A stretch of 64,000 nt of DNA from Occultella glacieicola (GTDB taxonomy: Bacteria; Actinomycetota; Actinomycetes; Actinomycetales; Beutenbergiaceae), in contig NZ_SMNA01000003.1 of NCBI RefSeq assembly GCF_004353825.1, positions 1 through 64,000 on the forward strand. The letters run 5' to 3'. The translations under genes were made by a program, and so were the position numbers. The notes beneath the pieces were generated by a model, which was not told the DNA's origin, did no database searches, and saw only the letters and a list, made by a program, of their open reading frames with translations. Numbering within the stretch: position 1 is the stretch's first letter; every line of letters starts with the position of its first letter. Below, one piece after another: positions 46,711-57,939 of the stretch.

Positions 46711-47112
46711 ATGCTCGTCCGCTGGACCCTCACCGTCGCCTTCGCGCTCGTCGTCGCGGCCGCCGTCGGTGCCGTCGCCGCCGTGTTCAACCCGGACGCG
46801 CCGCTCCTGACCGGCGTCGTCTTCGCCGCGGCCACCCTCGGCCCGGCAGGGGCACTCGGCTGGTTCCTGTTCGTCAGCCCGAAGACCGCGGCGCCGGACC
46901 CGAACGCCGAGGACAACGTCGAGAACACCTGGCTGGAGAAGGCCGCCGCCGCGGCGTTCGTCGACCTGCTCGTGCTGCTCTCCCTCGCGCTGACCGCGGT
47001 CTCGGTGTCCGGTCGGTCCCCGGACCCGCAGCTCCTGCTCCTCGGGGCCGTCGTGGTCGCGATGGGCGACGTCGCGATCCGCTACGTGATCGCCGCGCGC
47101 CGGGAGCGCTGA
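46711..47112 (+). CDS. Four-TM hypothetical membrane protein
   Basis: GGGAG RBS; hydrophobic helices; operon with XRE gene. Confidence 0.75.
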   Translation: MLVRWTLTVAFALVVAAAVGAVAAVFNPDAPLLTGVVFAAATLGPAGALGWFLFVSPKTAAPDPNAEDNVENTWLEKAAAAAFVDLLVLLSLALTAVSVSGRSPDPQLLLLGAVVVAMGDVAIRYVIAARRER

Positions 47113-47115
47113 ACG

Positions 47116-47310
47116 GTGCGCAACTCCCTCCCCCAGCGGCGCGCCGAGCGTGGCTGGTCCCAGGCCGAGCTCGCCCAGCGCCTCGGCGTCTCCCGACAGA
47201 CGGTCATCTCGATCGAGAAGGGCCGCTTCGACCCGAGCCTGCCGCTCGCGTTCCGCCTCGCCCGCGAGTTCCGCGTGACGATCGAGGACCTGTTCGACCC
47301 CGAACCCTGA
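47116..47310 (+). CDS. Small XRE/Cro HTH regulator
   Basis: WSQAELAQRLGVSRQTVISIEKGRFDPSLPLAF. Confidence 0.92.
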   Translation: MRNSLPQRRAERGWSQAELAQRLGVSRQTVISIEKGRFDPSLPLAFRLAREFRVTIEDLFDPEP

Positions 47311-47329
47311 CGGTCCCGGAACGGGCGGC

Positions 47330-48460
<1,131 letters not shown>

Positions 48461-48607
48461 CGTCGAGGGTACAGCGGCACCAGGGGCCCGACGGCGGAGC
48501 GCGCCGTGGGTGCACGGCCCCCGGCCGGTCCGTGGTCGGGCGTCCACGGACCGGTCGGGGCGCCCGCCCGCACGGTCCGGCCGGCGCGCCGGTCCTACGC
48601 TGAAGCC

Positions 48608-49888
48608 GTGACCGACACACCCACGCCCCCGACCGATCCCGCCACCCACCGGGCCGAGCCCGCCGCCCACCCGGACGCCCTGCATCCCGAGACGATCGCC
48701 GTCTCGGCCGGCCGACCGGCGCGGACCGAGCAGGCCCCGGTCAACCCGCCGGTGGTGCTCTCCTCGACCTACGTGAGCACCGGCGAGCCGGCGCCCGGCG
48801 ACCTCATCTACGCGCGCTCGGGTACCGAGACCTGGCTGCCGTTCGAGCGGGCCCTGGCGGACCTGGAGGGTGCCCGGCTGCCGGGTCTGCTGTTCGGATC
48901 CGGGATGGCGGCGATCGCGGCGGCGCTGGACCTGGTACCGGTCGGCGGGGAACTGATCATCCCGCGGCACGGTTATCACGCCTCACTCGTGGCCGCCCAC
49001 GACCTGACCGTCCGGTCCGGGGTACGGGTCACCGAGGTCGCGATCGAGGACACCGGTGCCGTGGTCGCGGCCGTCCGCGCCGCCGCCAGGCGTCTGACCG
49101 GCAGCGACACGCCGGCCGCCACGTCCGTGGGCACCCCGAACGGGCCCATCCCGAACGGCCCGGTCCTGTGGGTCGAGACCCCCACGAACCCGATGCTCGA
49201 GGTCGCGGACCTGCCGGCCCTCGTGGCGGCCACGCACGACGTCGACGGGCTGGTCCTCGTGGACAACACGTTCGCGACCCCGCTCGGCCAGCGGCCGCTG
49301 AGCCACGGTGCGGACGTCGTGGTGCACTCGGTGACGAAGTACCTCGCCGGGCACTCCGACGTGGTCCTCGGCGCGGTGGTCACCGACAGCCCGGACCTGC
49401 GCGCGGCTCTCCTGGACCGGCGCAGCCTCGGCGGCGCCGTCGCGGGCCCGTTCGAGGCGTGGCTGGCGTTGCGCGGGCTGCGCACCCTGGCGCTGCGGGT
49501 GGAACGCTCGCAGCGCACGGCCGCGGACCTGGCCGAGCGGTTGTCCGGGCACCCGAACGTCGTCGAGGTCTCCTACCCGGGCCTGACCACCCACCCCCAG
49601 CACGAGCGGGCCTCGATCCAGATGACCGGTTTCGGCTCGATCCTGACGCTGCGCCCGGTCGGTGGCGCGGCCGGGGCGGACGCCCTCACCCGGGCCGTGC
49701 GGCTCTGGGTCCCGGCCACGAGCCTGGGTGGCGTGGAGTCCTCACTGGAGCGCCGCCGTCGGCTCGGGGCCGAGGCGCCCACGGTGCCCGAGGACCTGCT
49801 CCGGCTCTCCGTCGGCATCGAACACGCCGACGATCTGTTCGCCGACCTGGAACAGGCTCTGGCGGTCGCCGCCACGTACGCTGGGTGA
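48608..49888 (+). CDS. PLP-dependent trans-sulfuration enzyme (cystathionine gamma-synthase-like)
   Basis: SGMAA, ETPTNP, DNTFATP, HSVTKYLAGHSD, SLGGVES, RLSVGIE. Confidence 0.92.
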   Translation: MTDTPTPPTDPATHRAEPAAHPDALHPETIAVSAGRPARTEQAPVNPPVVLSSTYVSTGEPAPGDLIYARSGTETWLPFERALADLEGARLPGLLFGSGMAAIAAALDLVPVGGELIIPRHGYHASLVAAHDLTVRSGVRVTEVAIEDTGAVVAAVRAAARRLTGSDTPAATSVGTPNGPIPNGPVLWVETPTNPMLEVADLPALVAATHDVDGLVLVDNTFATPLGQRPLSHGADVVVHSVTKYLAGHSDVVLGAVVTDSPDLRAALLDRRSLGGAVAGPFEAWLALRGLRTLALRVERSQRTAADLAERLSGHPNVVEVSYPGLTTHPQHERASIQMTGFGSILTLRPVGGAAGADALTRAVRLWVPATSLGGVESSLERRRRLGAEAPTVPEDLLRLSVGIEHADDLFADLEQALAVAATYAG

Positions 49889-49914
49889 GACCGAGCCCAG
49901 ACCTGGAGGCCACG

Positions 49915-50583
49915 ATGACGAGATCCCGCCACCTGTTGACCCTCGCGGCGGCCGGCGCCGCCCTGGCCCTCCTGGCCGGCTGCACCTCGGGCTCCGGCGA
50001 CGACGAGCCCACCGGCGATGCCACCACGGCGACCGGGACGCCGTCGGCCACCGAGACCCCGAGCGAGCCGAGCCCGAGCGAGACCGGATCGACCGACCCG
50101 GGACGGACCGACGACGACATCGACGACGCGCCACCGTTCCCGGCCGACGCGTCCGAGGACGTCGGCGAGGCCGCCGGCGAGCCGGACCTGATGCTCGCCG
50201 ACGTCCGGGCCGCCGAGCACGAGGACTTCGACCGCGTGGTGCTGGAGTTCGTGGGCACGGGCACGCCCGGGTGGGTCGCGGACTACGTCGACGGGGCCAC
50301 CGAGGACGGCAGCGGCGAGCCGATCGACCTCGAGGGTGAGGCCGACCTGCAGATCTCGGTCTCGAACACCCGGTACCCGAACGAGGGCGAGGCCGGCTAC
50401 TACGACGGGCCGCGACAGTTCGAGGCCGAGGGCGATGAGATCGAGGAGGTCCACGTAGCGGGGACGTTCGAGGGTCTGACCCAGGTGGTGGTCGGGATCG
50501 ACACCGACGGCGCCCCGTTCCGGGTGTTCGCGCTCACCGACCCGGTGCGGGTGGTCCTCGACGTGCAGCACGTCGAGGACTGA
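49915..50583 (+). CDS. Lipoprotein with AMIN-like domain
   Basis: GGAGG RBS; lipobox LAGC; FDRVVLEF, DGSG, FEG, P.RVVLDV. Confidence 0.8.
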   Translation: MTRSRHLLTLAAAGAALALLAGCTSGSGDDEPTGDATTATGTPSATETPSEPSPSETGSTDPGRTDDDIDDAPPFPADASEDVGEAAGEPDLMLADVRAAEHEDFDRVVLEFVGTGTPGWVADYVDGATEDGSGEPIDLEGEADLQISVSNTRYPNEGEAGYYDGPRQFEAEGDEIEEVHVAGTFEGLTQVVVGIDTDGAPFRVFALTDPVRVVLDVQHVED

Positions 50584-50604
50584 TCCCGGCTCGGGCCCTC
50601 GGGC

Positions 50605-51327
50605 TCACTGCGCGTAGCCGGCCGTGGGATCCGGCCGCCACTCGAACGGCTCCGCGGGCGGTCGTTCGCCGCGGATCCCCGCGAGCTGCGCGGTGATCGC
50701 GGTCATGATCCGGTCCGTGGCCTCGCGCACCGCGCCGGGGTCCTCGCCGCGCCCGGCCAGGTCACCGAGGTCGACGGGCGGCCCGGCCACCACCTGCACC
50801 GGCCGGCGCAGCACCGGGCGGATCATCGAGGCGTGCCGGGCCATCACCTCGTGCGCGCCCCACTGCGCGATCGGGACCACCGGCATCCCGGTGGCCAGCG
50901 CCATCCGCGCCGCGCCCGTCTTCGCGCGCATCGGCCACAGGTCGGGGTCCCGGGTGAGGGTGCCCTCGGGGAACACGGACACGCACTCCCCCGCGCCGAG
51001 TGCGGACGCTGCCGCGGTCAGCGAGGCGGCCGCGGACCCGGTCCCGCGCTGCACCGGGATGTACCCGACCGAGCGCAGCAGCGGACCGAGCAGCGGCACC
51101 CGGAACAGGGACGCCTTCGCGAGCATCTTCGGGTAGCAGCCGGCCTTCGTGAGGAAGTCCAGGAGGGTCAGCGGGTCGAAGTTCGTGACGTGGTTCGCCG
51201 CGGCGATGAACCCGCCGCCCGGCAGGTGCTCGGCGCCGTGGTGGGTGGGTCTGGTCAACAGGCGCACCGGCGGGCGGGCGATGGCGACGGCGGCCCGATA
51301 GGACCTCGGCGGGCGTGGTCTGCTCAC
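50605..51327 (-). CDS. plsC: 1-acyl-sn-glycerol-3-phosphate acyltransferase family
   Basis: NHVTNFD, FPEGT, KTGAAR, PVVPIAQWG. Confidence 0.88.
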   Translation of the reverse strand: MSRPRPPRSYRAAVAIARPPVRLLTRPTHHGAEHLPGGGFIAAANHVTNFDPLTLLDFLTKAGCYPKMLAKASLFRVPLLGPLLRSVGYIPVQRGTGSAAASLTAAASALGAGECVSVFPEGTLTRDPDLWPMRAKTGAARMALATGMPVVPIAQWGAHEVMARHASMIRPVLRRPVQVVAGPPVDLGDLAGRGEDPGAVREATDRIMTAITAQLAGIRGERPPAEPFEWRPDPTAGYAQ

Positions 51328-51390
51328 GCATCGATGGTAGGAGACGGTGGCAGATGGCGCGTTGTCAGAGGCCGGTGGCACGCTTGACCC

Positions 51391-51774
51391 GTGGCTTCCG
51401 CTGACCGACCCGACGTACCCGAGCAGATGCTCGCCCGGCTCGATGCGCTCCTCACCGCGCTGCCCCGGGTGCATGCCGAGGATGCCTGGATCGGCCGGCG
51501 TTGGCGGGTCGGTGGCGCGACCGTCGCCCACGTGTTCGGCGGCGAGGACGGGCTGCTGCGGATCACGTTCCGGGCGGAGCCCGAGGAGGTCTTCGCGATG
51601 GAGCACATGGGGCCGCCGTACTTCCGGGCCGACTGGGGTGCGAACGTCGTCGGGCTGATCGTCGACGAGGGCACCGACTGGGAGGAGCTCGGTGAGCTGC
51701 TCACCGACTCCTACCGGCTCCAGGCGCCGGCCCGGCTGGCCGAGCAGGTCCCGGCGCCCGGGATCCGGTCCTGA
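51391..51774 (+). CDS. MmcQ/YjbR-family protein
   Basis: WRVGGATVAH, DWEELGELLTDSYRLQAP. Confidence 0.8.
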   Translation: MASADRPDVPEQMLARLDALLTALPRVHAEDAWIGRRWRVGGATVAHVFGGEDGLLRITFRAEPEEVFAMEHMGPPYFRADWGANVVGLIVDEGTDWEELGELLTDSYRLQAPARLAEQVPAPGIRS

Positions 51775-51787
51775 CCCGCCCCGGCTC

Positions 51788-52396
51788 CTAGATCCAGCCG
51801 CGTGCCCGGGCCAGGCGTGCGGCCTCGTGCCGGTTGCCCACGCCGAGCTTGGTGGCGGCGCTGGACAGGTAGTTGCGCACGGTGCCCGGGGACAACGAGG
51901 CCCGGGAAGCGATCTCCTCCACCGGGGCGCCGTCGGCGGCGAGCTCGAGCACGTCCGCCTCCCGCGCGGTGAGCGGGCTCGCCCCGGCCGCGATCGCGTC
52001 GGCGGCCAGTTCCGGGTCGACGTACCGGCCGCCGTCGTGCACCTGCCGGATCACGTCGGCAAGCACCTTCGCGGACGCCGTCTTCGGCAGGAAGCCGCGC
52101 ACCCCCGCCTCGAGGGCCTTCTTCAGGTAGCCGGGCCGGCCGTGGCTGGTGACGATGATGCACCGGCAGCCGGGCACGTCGGCGGCGAGGCGCTGCGCCA
52201 CCTCGATGCCGTCGAGGCCGGGCATCTGCAGGTCCAGGACCGCCACGTCCGGGGTGAACCGGGTCGCGGCGGCCACCGCCTCCGGGCCGGAGGCTGCCTG
52301 CGCGAGCACCTCGAGGTCGTCCTCGAGGCCGAGCATCATGGCCAGGGCGTCGCGGATGAGGTTCTCGTCGTCGGCGAGCAGGAGCCGGATGGTCAC
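51788..52396 (-). CDS. DesR-like response regulator
   Basis: LLLADD, LDLQMPG, PLTAREADVL, GTVRNYLS. Confidence 0.92.
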   Translation of the reverse strand: MTIRLLLADDENLIRDALAMMLGLEDDLEVLAQAASGPEAVAAATRFTPDVAVLDLQMPGLDGIEVAQRLAADVPGCRCIIVTSHGRPGYLKKALEAGVRGFLPKTASAKVLADVIRQVHDGGRYVDPELAADAIAAGASPLTAREADVLELAADGAPVEEIASRASLSPGTVRNYLSSAATKLGVGNRHEAARLARARGWI

Positions 52397-53676
52397 GGGG
52401 TGGCTCCAGGGGTCGGGTCCGCGGTTGTCGGCGGCACGGGTGGACCGCCGACGAGGGGCACCACGGCAATGAGCGTGAACTCCGTGTCGTTGCGGTGCAC
52501 GTCGAGCGTGCCACCGAGGGTCGCGAGCCGCTCCCGCAGCCCGTTCAGCCCGGCGCCCACACGGGCCGCGTCGGCCGGCCGGGCACCGTCGTTGCTGATC
52601 CTCAGGGTCGCGGCGTCCGGGGAGGCGCGCAGCTCGATCACGCACCGGTCGGCGTCGGCGTGTCGCACGACGTTCGTGACGGCCTCCCGCACCACCCAGG
52701 CGAGGGCCTCCTGTGAGCGCGGTGGGAGGTCGGTGCCCTCCCCTGCGACGAGCACGTCCACGCCGGCCGACCGCAGGATCTCCCGGGCTCCCGCCACCTC
52801 GGTGGGCAGGTCGGCGGCACGGTAGCCGTCCACGACGGCGCGGACCTCCCGGAGGGCGTCCTGGGCGATCCGGCGCACCTCGAGCATCTGGTCCGGCGCC
52901 CGGTCGTCGCCGCGGCGGGCGAGTTCGGCGGCGAGCTCGCTCTTGACCGCCACGGTGGACAGGGTCCGCCCGAACACGTCGTGCAGGTCCCGGGAGAATC
53001 GCAGGCGTTCCTCCGCGACCGCCAGCCGGGCGTCCACGGCGCGGCGCTGCTCCTGCTCCCAGACCACGCCGATCATCCAGACCGAGATCCGGAACGACAG
53101 GGCCGCACCGACGGCCACCAGGCCGGTGCTGATCACCAGGGGGATGACCCCGCCGGCCGCCGTGGCCGGGCCCAGCGCGATCATCGTGGCGAGCACCGCG
53201 GCCACCGGCCCGACGATCACGGACACCAGCACCAGTCGGCCGGCCGACAGCAACGGCGAGACCGCGAGCACCGCGATCACCGGCGCGATCGCCGCGGCGA
53301 AGCCCGTCGCGATCGGGCTGGGGTTCGCGGAACTCCCCGCCCAGAAGATCGCGGCCCCCACCGTCAGCGGGGTCCCGACGGCGAGCAGCCACAGCTCCCG
53401 GCGCGCGGAGCCGGCCCGGCCGAGGTAGACACCGAGGCAGGCCCGCGTGGCCATGATCGCCAACGCGCAGTGCACGGTCGAGGCGACCAGGAACGCGAGT
53501 GCCCCGGCACCGGTGTACTCGGTGGACCCGGAGAACAGCATCAGGGCGAAGACCGGTTCGAACGCGAGCAGGAAGTACAACGTCCACCGGTTGTAGGTCT
53601 CGAACCGTTGCGGGTTGCTCGCCCGGGACCAGCCGGCCAGCCCGATGGCGCCGGCTGAGGTACGGGCAGGGTTCAC
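52393..53676 (-). CDS. DesK-like membrane sensor histidine kinase (start uncertain)
   Basis: TM helices, EERLRFSRDLHD, REAVTNVVRHA, NDG, GAGLNGLRERL. Confidence 0.9.
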   Translation of the reverse strand: MNPARTSAGAIGLAGWSRASNPQRFETYNRWTLYFLLAFEPVFALMLFSGSTEYTGAGALAFLVASTVHCALAIMATRACLGVYLGRAGSARRELWLLAVGTPLTVGAAIFWAGSSANPSPIATGFAAAIAPVIAVLAVSPLLSAGRLVLVSVIVGPVAAVLATMIALGPATAAGGVIPLVISTGLVAVGAALSFRISVWMIGVVWEQEQRRAVDARLAVAEERLRFSRDLHDVFGRTLSTVAVKSELAAELARRGDDRAPDQMLEVRRIAQDALREVRAVVDGYRAADLPTEVAGAREILRSAGVDVLVAGEGTDLPPRSQEALAWVVREAVTNVVRHADADRCVIELRASPDAATLRISNDGARPADAARVGAGLNGLRERLATLGGTLDVHRNDTEFTLIAVVPLVGGPPVPPTTADPTPGATP

Positions 53677-53729
53677 GGCCCCCAACCTACCGGCGGCCAC
53701 CCGGGTCGCGACCTCGGGGCCGACCGCTG

Positions 53730-54560
53730 TCACCGGCGCGGCTCCCAGCGCATCCACCTACGGGTGGCGAGGACGCCGAGCGCCGTCCAGCCGAGCAGGA
53801 CGACCAACGGCACCAGTGCCTCGGCGAGCGAACCCGCGAAGGTGACCTGGGCGCCGTCGGGCGTGATGCCGGTCAGGCCCAGGTTCAGCAGGGTGACGAC
53901 CGGCGCGAGTGGGGTCAGCTGGGCGAGCACCTGTGCCGGTTCCGGGAGGACCGAGAACGGCACGGTCAGCCCACTGAACAGCATGGTCACCATCAGCACC
54001 GGCAGGGTGGTCAACTGCGCGGCCTCGACGGTCTTGGTCAGTCCGGAGCTCGCGTAGGCCAGTCCAGCGAACATGACGAACCCGAAGCCGAGGGCGAGGA
54101 CCACCAGGACCGGGTTCGTCAGCGGCGGCACCTCGATGCCGCCGGCGACGGCGGCCAGGCCGAGCACCGCCTGGGCGAGCACGATGAGCAGGGCCGGCAT
54201 GCTCATCGCGGCCAGGACCTCGGCGCGGCTGGAGGTACCGGAGGTCAGCCGCTTGAGGGTGAGTTCCTCGCGGCGCGCGACGGCGGTGGTGGTGAGGTTG
54301 TAATAGGCCACGAACAGCAGGCCGAACGAGATCAGCGCGGTGAGCAGGGTGCCCCCGAAGACGCCCGCGCCGGCGCCCTCGGTACGGTCGCCGATCAACT
54401 GCATGAGCACGAGCGCCATCAGCGGGGCGAGTGCGATCGCGTTGAAGAGCGTGGTCCTGTTGCGTCCGAGCAGGGTGAGTTCCATCCGGGTCAGGGCCCG
54501 GGTCCGGGCGAGGGAACCGGCCGGCCGGGTGGTGGTGGTGGACGTCGTCGTGGCGCTCAT
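53730..54560 (-). CDS. ABC-2 type permease
   Basis: RREELTLKRL, six TM helices, MRWEPRR terminus. Confidence 0.88.
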   Translation of the reverse strand: MSATTTSTTTTRPAGSLARTRALTRMELTLLGRNRTTLFNAIALAPLMALVLMQLIGDRTEGAGAGVFGGTLLTALISFGLLFVAYYNLTTTAVARREELTLKRLTSGTSSRAEVLAAMSMPALLIVLAQAVLGLAAVAGGIEVPPLTNPVLVVLALGFGFVMFAGLAYASSGLTKTVEAAQLTTLPVLMVTMLFSGLTVPFSVLPEPAQVLAQLTPLAPVVTLLNLGLTGITPDGAQVTFAGSLAEALVPLVVLLGWTALGVLATRRWMRWEPRR

Positions 54561-55513
54561 GCGGGGACCTCCGAGAGATCGTGGCTGGGACGACCGCCGG
54601 CGGCAATCGTCAGGAATGCCTGCTCGAGCGAGGCGGCGCGGGCGTCCAGGCCGTCGAGGGTGACGTCCTGCGCCTGGGCCCAGTCGAGCAGGATCCGAAG
54701 GTCGGCCTCGAGCCGCTGGGTGCGGATCAGGTGCCGGATGCCACGGGCGGAGTCACCGGACGAGTCCGTGCCGTGCAGGGGCGGCAGTGGCCGCCTCGCG
54801 GCGAGGGTGAAGGAGATCGTGGCCGGTGCACCCGCACCGATCTCGGCGGGGGTGCCCTCGGCAACCACGACGCCCCCGTGCATGATGGCGATCCGGTCGG
54901 CGAGGTCCTCGGCCTCCTCCAGGTAGTGCGTGGTCAGGACCACGGTCACGCCGTCGGCGAGCAGGGACCGGACCAGGTCCCAGGCGTCCCGGCGACTCTC
55001 CGGGTCGAGGCCGGTGGTGGGCTCGTCCAGGAACAGCACCTGCGGGCGGCCCATGATGGCCAGGGCCAGGTCCAGGCGGCGGCGCTCACCGCCGGACAGG
55101 CTCTTGACAGCCACCCCGGCCCGGTGATCGAGCCCGACGGCGCCGAGCACGTGCTCCGCCGGCAGCGCTGCCGGCAGGGTGGCCGCCCAGGTGCGGGCCA
55201 TCTCGGCGACCCGCAGGTCGGTCGGGAAGCCCGCCTCCTGGAGCATGATGCCGATGTGCGGGCGCACCTTCGCCCTGGAACGGTACGGGTCGTGCCCGAG
55301 CACCCGGACCTGCCCCTCGGTCGCGGGTGCGATGCCCTCCACGACCTCCATCAGGGAGGTCTTCCCGGCCCCGTTCGTGCCGAGCAGGGCGAACAGTTCG
55401 CCGCGTCGGATGTGCAGGTCGACCCCGCGCACCGCCTCGAACGCGGTGGCACCCGGAGTGCTGGGACGGTACCTGCGTCGCAGCCCGTCGATGGTGATGA
55501 TGGTGGAGTCCAT
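54557..55513 (-). CDS. ABC transporter ATP-binding protein
   Basis: GTNGAGKT, LSGGERRR, FLDEPTTG, TTHY. Confidence 0.93.
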   Translation of the reverse strand: MDSTIITIDGLRRRYRPSTPGATAFEAVRGVDLHIRRGELFALLGTNGAGKTSLMEVVEGIAPATEGQVRVLGHDPYRSRAKVRPHIGIMLQEAGFPTDLRVAEMARTWAATLPAALPAEHVLGAVGLDHRAGVAVKSLSGGERRRLDLALAIMGRPQVLFLDEPTTGLDPESRRDAWDLVRSLLADGVTVVLTTHYLEEAEDLADRIAIMHGGVVVAEGTPAEIGAGAPATISFTLAARRPLPPLHGTDSSGDSARGIRHLIRTQRLEADLRILLDWAQAQDVTLDGLDARAASLEQAFLTIAAGGRPSHDLSEVPA

Positions 55514-55591
55514 GGATCCAGACTCCCGCCGGATCCGGGTCCACCACAGTGCGTGACGTCACCGCCTCGGCGCCCCGGTGCACCGATCGGG

Positions 55592-55607
55592 CATGAGGAA
55601 TGTCATG
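55592..55607. promoter_or_regulatory. Probable response-regulator box
   Basis: Imperfect palindrome CATGAGGAATGTCATG upstream of ABC/TCS operon. Confidence 0.5.
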
Positions 55608-55781
55608 GGTGGGGCGCCGGGTCCAGGGGAGGGATCCGGCGCCCCGCGCGGGGCACGGGGGGAAAGCGCGCCGCGCAGCCGCCCGGGCATCACGTCCCGG
55701 ACGACGATCTCGCGGGGTCGTTGTCCAGGCGACCCCGGGGGACATCCGTGGATGTCACATCACCCAGTGTGCGCGGCGCGG

Positions 55782-55809
55782 CTGGGAGATCCCTGGGAAA
55801 GCCCTGGGA
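55782..55809 (-). promoter_or_regulatory. Triple direct repeat TCCCAG-N5 (OmpR/MprA-box-like)
   Basis: CTGGGA at 55782, 55793, 55804 (11-bp period). Confidence 0.55.
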
Positions 55810-55835
55810 CGGACCTGCCAGTTCCCGGCGGTGTG

Positions 55836-57149
55836 TCAGTCCGTCTCGATCTTCGCGCCGAGGGCCTCGAGCTTCGAACTGAAGTTCTCGTATCCGCGGT
55901 TGATCAGCCCGATCCCGCGCACCCGGGAGGTGCCTTCGGCGGCCAGGGCCGCGATGAGGTGCGAGAACCCACCGCGCAGATCGGGCACCTCGATGTCAGC
56001 GGCCCGCAGCGGCGTCGGGCCGGAGACCACGGCGGAGTGGAAGAAGTTCCGCTGCCCGAACCGGCACTGGAGTCCGCCCAGGCACTCCCGGTAGACCTGG
56101 ATGGTGGCGCCCATCCGCACTAGCGCGTCGGTGAACCCGAACCGGTTCTCGTACACGGTCTCGTGCACGATCGACAGGCCGGCGGCCTGCGTGAGTGCGA
56201 CCACCAGGGGCTGCTGCCAGTCCGTCATGAACCCGGGGTGCACGTCCGTCTCCAGGACGATCGAGTTCAGGTCGGTGCCCGGGTGGCGGAACCGGATGCC
56301 GCCGTCGTCGATGTCGAACGCGCCGCCGACCTTCCGGAACGTGTTCAGGAACGTCATCATGTCCGCCTGCCGGGCGCCGCGCACGTACACGTCACCGCGG
56401 GTCGCCAGCGCCGCGGACGCCCACGAGGCCGCCTCGATACGGTCCGGGAGCGCGGTATGGGTGAACCCGCCGAGGCGGTCCACCCCCTCCACCCGGATGG
56501 TCCGGTCGGTGTCCACGGAGATGATCGCGCCCATCCGCTGCAGCACCGCGATCAGGTCGGTGATCTCCGGCTCGATGGCGGCGTTGCGCAGCTCGGTGAG
56601 GCCGCTGGCGCGGACCGCGGTCAGCAGGAGCTGCTCGGTGGCGCCCACGCTCGGGTACGGCAGCTCCACCTTGGTGCCCTGCAGCCCGCGTGGGGCGGTG
56701 ATCAGGATCCCGGTGTCCAGCTTGTCCACCTTGGCGCCGAACTGGCGCAGGATGTCGAGGTGGTAGTCGATCGGGCGGTCGCCGATCCGGCAGCCGCCGA
56801 GGTCGGGGATGAAGGCCTCGCCGAGCCGGTGCACGAGCGGGCCGCAGAGCAGGATCGGGATCCGGCTGGAACCGGCGTGGGTGTCGATGTCCGCCTTGTG
56901 CGCGGACTCGACGTTGCGGGGGTCGAGGCGGATCACGCCGCCGGAGACGTCCCGTTCGACGATCACCCCGTGCAGTTTGAGCAGGCCACTGACCACGTTG
57001 ACGTCGCTGATGTCCGGGACGTTGCGCAGTTCGCTCGGCTCCTCGCCGAGCAGCGCCGCCACCATCGCCTTGGAGACGAAGTTCTTCGCCCCGCGGACCG
57101 TGATCTCGCCCGACAGCGGCGACCCGCCATGCACCCGAAGCTGATTCAT
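55836..57149 (-). CDS. murA: UDP-N-acetylglucosamine 1-carboxyvinyltransferase
   Basis: GAKN, GGCRIGDRP, SVGATE, PDRIEA, PGFMTD, DLRGG, RGYE. Confidence 0.96.
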   Translation of the reverse strand: MNQLRVHGGSPLSGEITVRGAKNFVSKAMVAALLGEEPSELRNVPDISDVNVVSGLLKLHGVIVERDVSGGVIRLDPRNVESAHKADIDTHAGSSRIPILLCGPLVHRLGEAFIPDLGGCRIGDRPIDYHLDILRQFGAKVDKLDTGILITAPRGLQGTKVELPYPSVGATEQLLLTAVRASGLTELRNAAIEPEITDLIAVLQRMGAIISVDTDRTIRVEGVDRLGGFTHTALPDRIEAASWASAALATRGDVYVRGARQADMMTFLNTFRKVGGAFDIDDGGIRFRHPGTDLNSIVLETDVHPGFMTDWQQPLVVALTQAAGLSIVHETVYENRFGFTDALVRMGATIQVYRECLGGLQCRFGQRNFFHSAVVSGPTPLRAADIEVPDLRGGFSHLIAALAAEGTSRVRGIGLINRGYENFSSKLEALGAKIETD

Positions 57150-57246
57150 CCACTCATCCTCACGCCGGCGTTCCCGACCTCGCTCACACCTACCGCCGAA
57201 CGGCGGGCAACCGATCAAGGGTACGACGCGGCCGTGGAAGCGCCCG

Positions 57247-57939
57247 TCAGGCGGGGCGCACGAGTCCGGCGCGGTGCGCGAGGATCGCCGCCTGCACCCG
57301 GTTCTCGACGCCGAGTTTCACCAGGATGGCACTGACGTAGCCCTTGACCGTCCCCTCGGTGAGATGCAGCTCGCGGCCGATCCGTGCGTTGGAGGCACCG
57401 GCGGCGACGAGACCGAGTACCTCGACCTCACGTTCGGTGAGCACGGCCAGCCGGGCGCGGTCGTCGGCGGCCCGCGGCGCACGTCCGGCGCGGAGGTTGT
57501 CGATCACGCGCTGAGCCACCCGCGGTGAGAGGTACGCGGCGCCGTCCCCGACCGCCCTCACCGCGGCCACCAGTTCGCGAGGGTCGGACGCCTTCAGCAG
57601 GAACCCCGACGCACCACCCTCGAGGGCCTCGGCGATGTAGGAGTCCTCCCCGAACGTTGTCAGCATCACCACCCGGACCCCGAGACCGAGCCCGACGATC
57701 TCCCGGCAGGCGCCGAGCCCGTCCAGCCCCGGCATCCGGACGTCCAACAGCACCACGTCCGGCCTGGTGCGCCGGACCAGGTCCACCGCGGCGTGCCCGT
57801 CACCGGCCTCGCCGACCACCTCGATCGTGGGGTCGGAGGCCAGCACCGCCCGTACCCCCGCTCGGATCATCGCCTCGTCGTCGACGATCAGCACCCGAAC
57901 CACTCCGGCATCGCCGCCGGCCGGCTCCGCCGCCGTCAT
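57247..57939 (-). CDS. NarL-family response regulator
   Basis: VDDEAMIRAG, LDVRMPG, LTTF, LTEREVEVL, NRVQAA. Confidence 0.93.
   Translation of the reverse strand: MTAAEPAGGDAGVVRVLIVDDEAMIRAGVRAVLASDPTIEVVGEAGDGHAAVDLVRRTRPDVVLLDVRMPGLDGLGACREIVGLGLGVRVVMLTTFGEDSYIAEALEGGASGFLLKASDPRELVAAVRAVGDGAAYLSPRVAQRVIDNLRAGRAPRAADDRARLAVLTEREVEVLGLVAAGASNARIGRELHLTEGTVKGYVSAILVKLGVENRVQAAILAHRAGLVRPA

Noticed and set aside
55836..57149. Fosfomycin-resistant MurA
   Set aside because: Active-site Cys is retained (GGCRIG), not the Asp variant.
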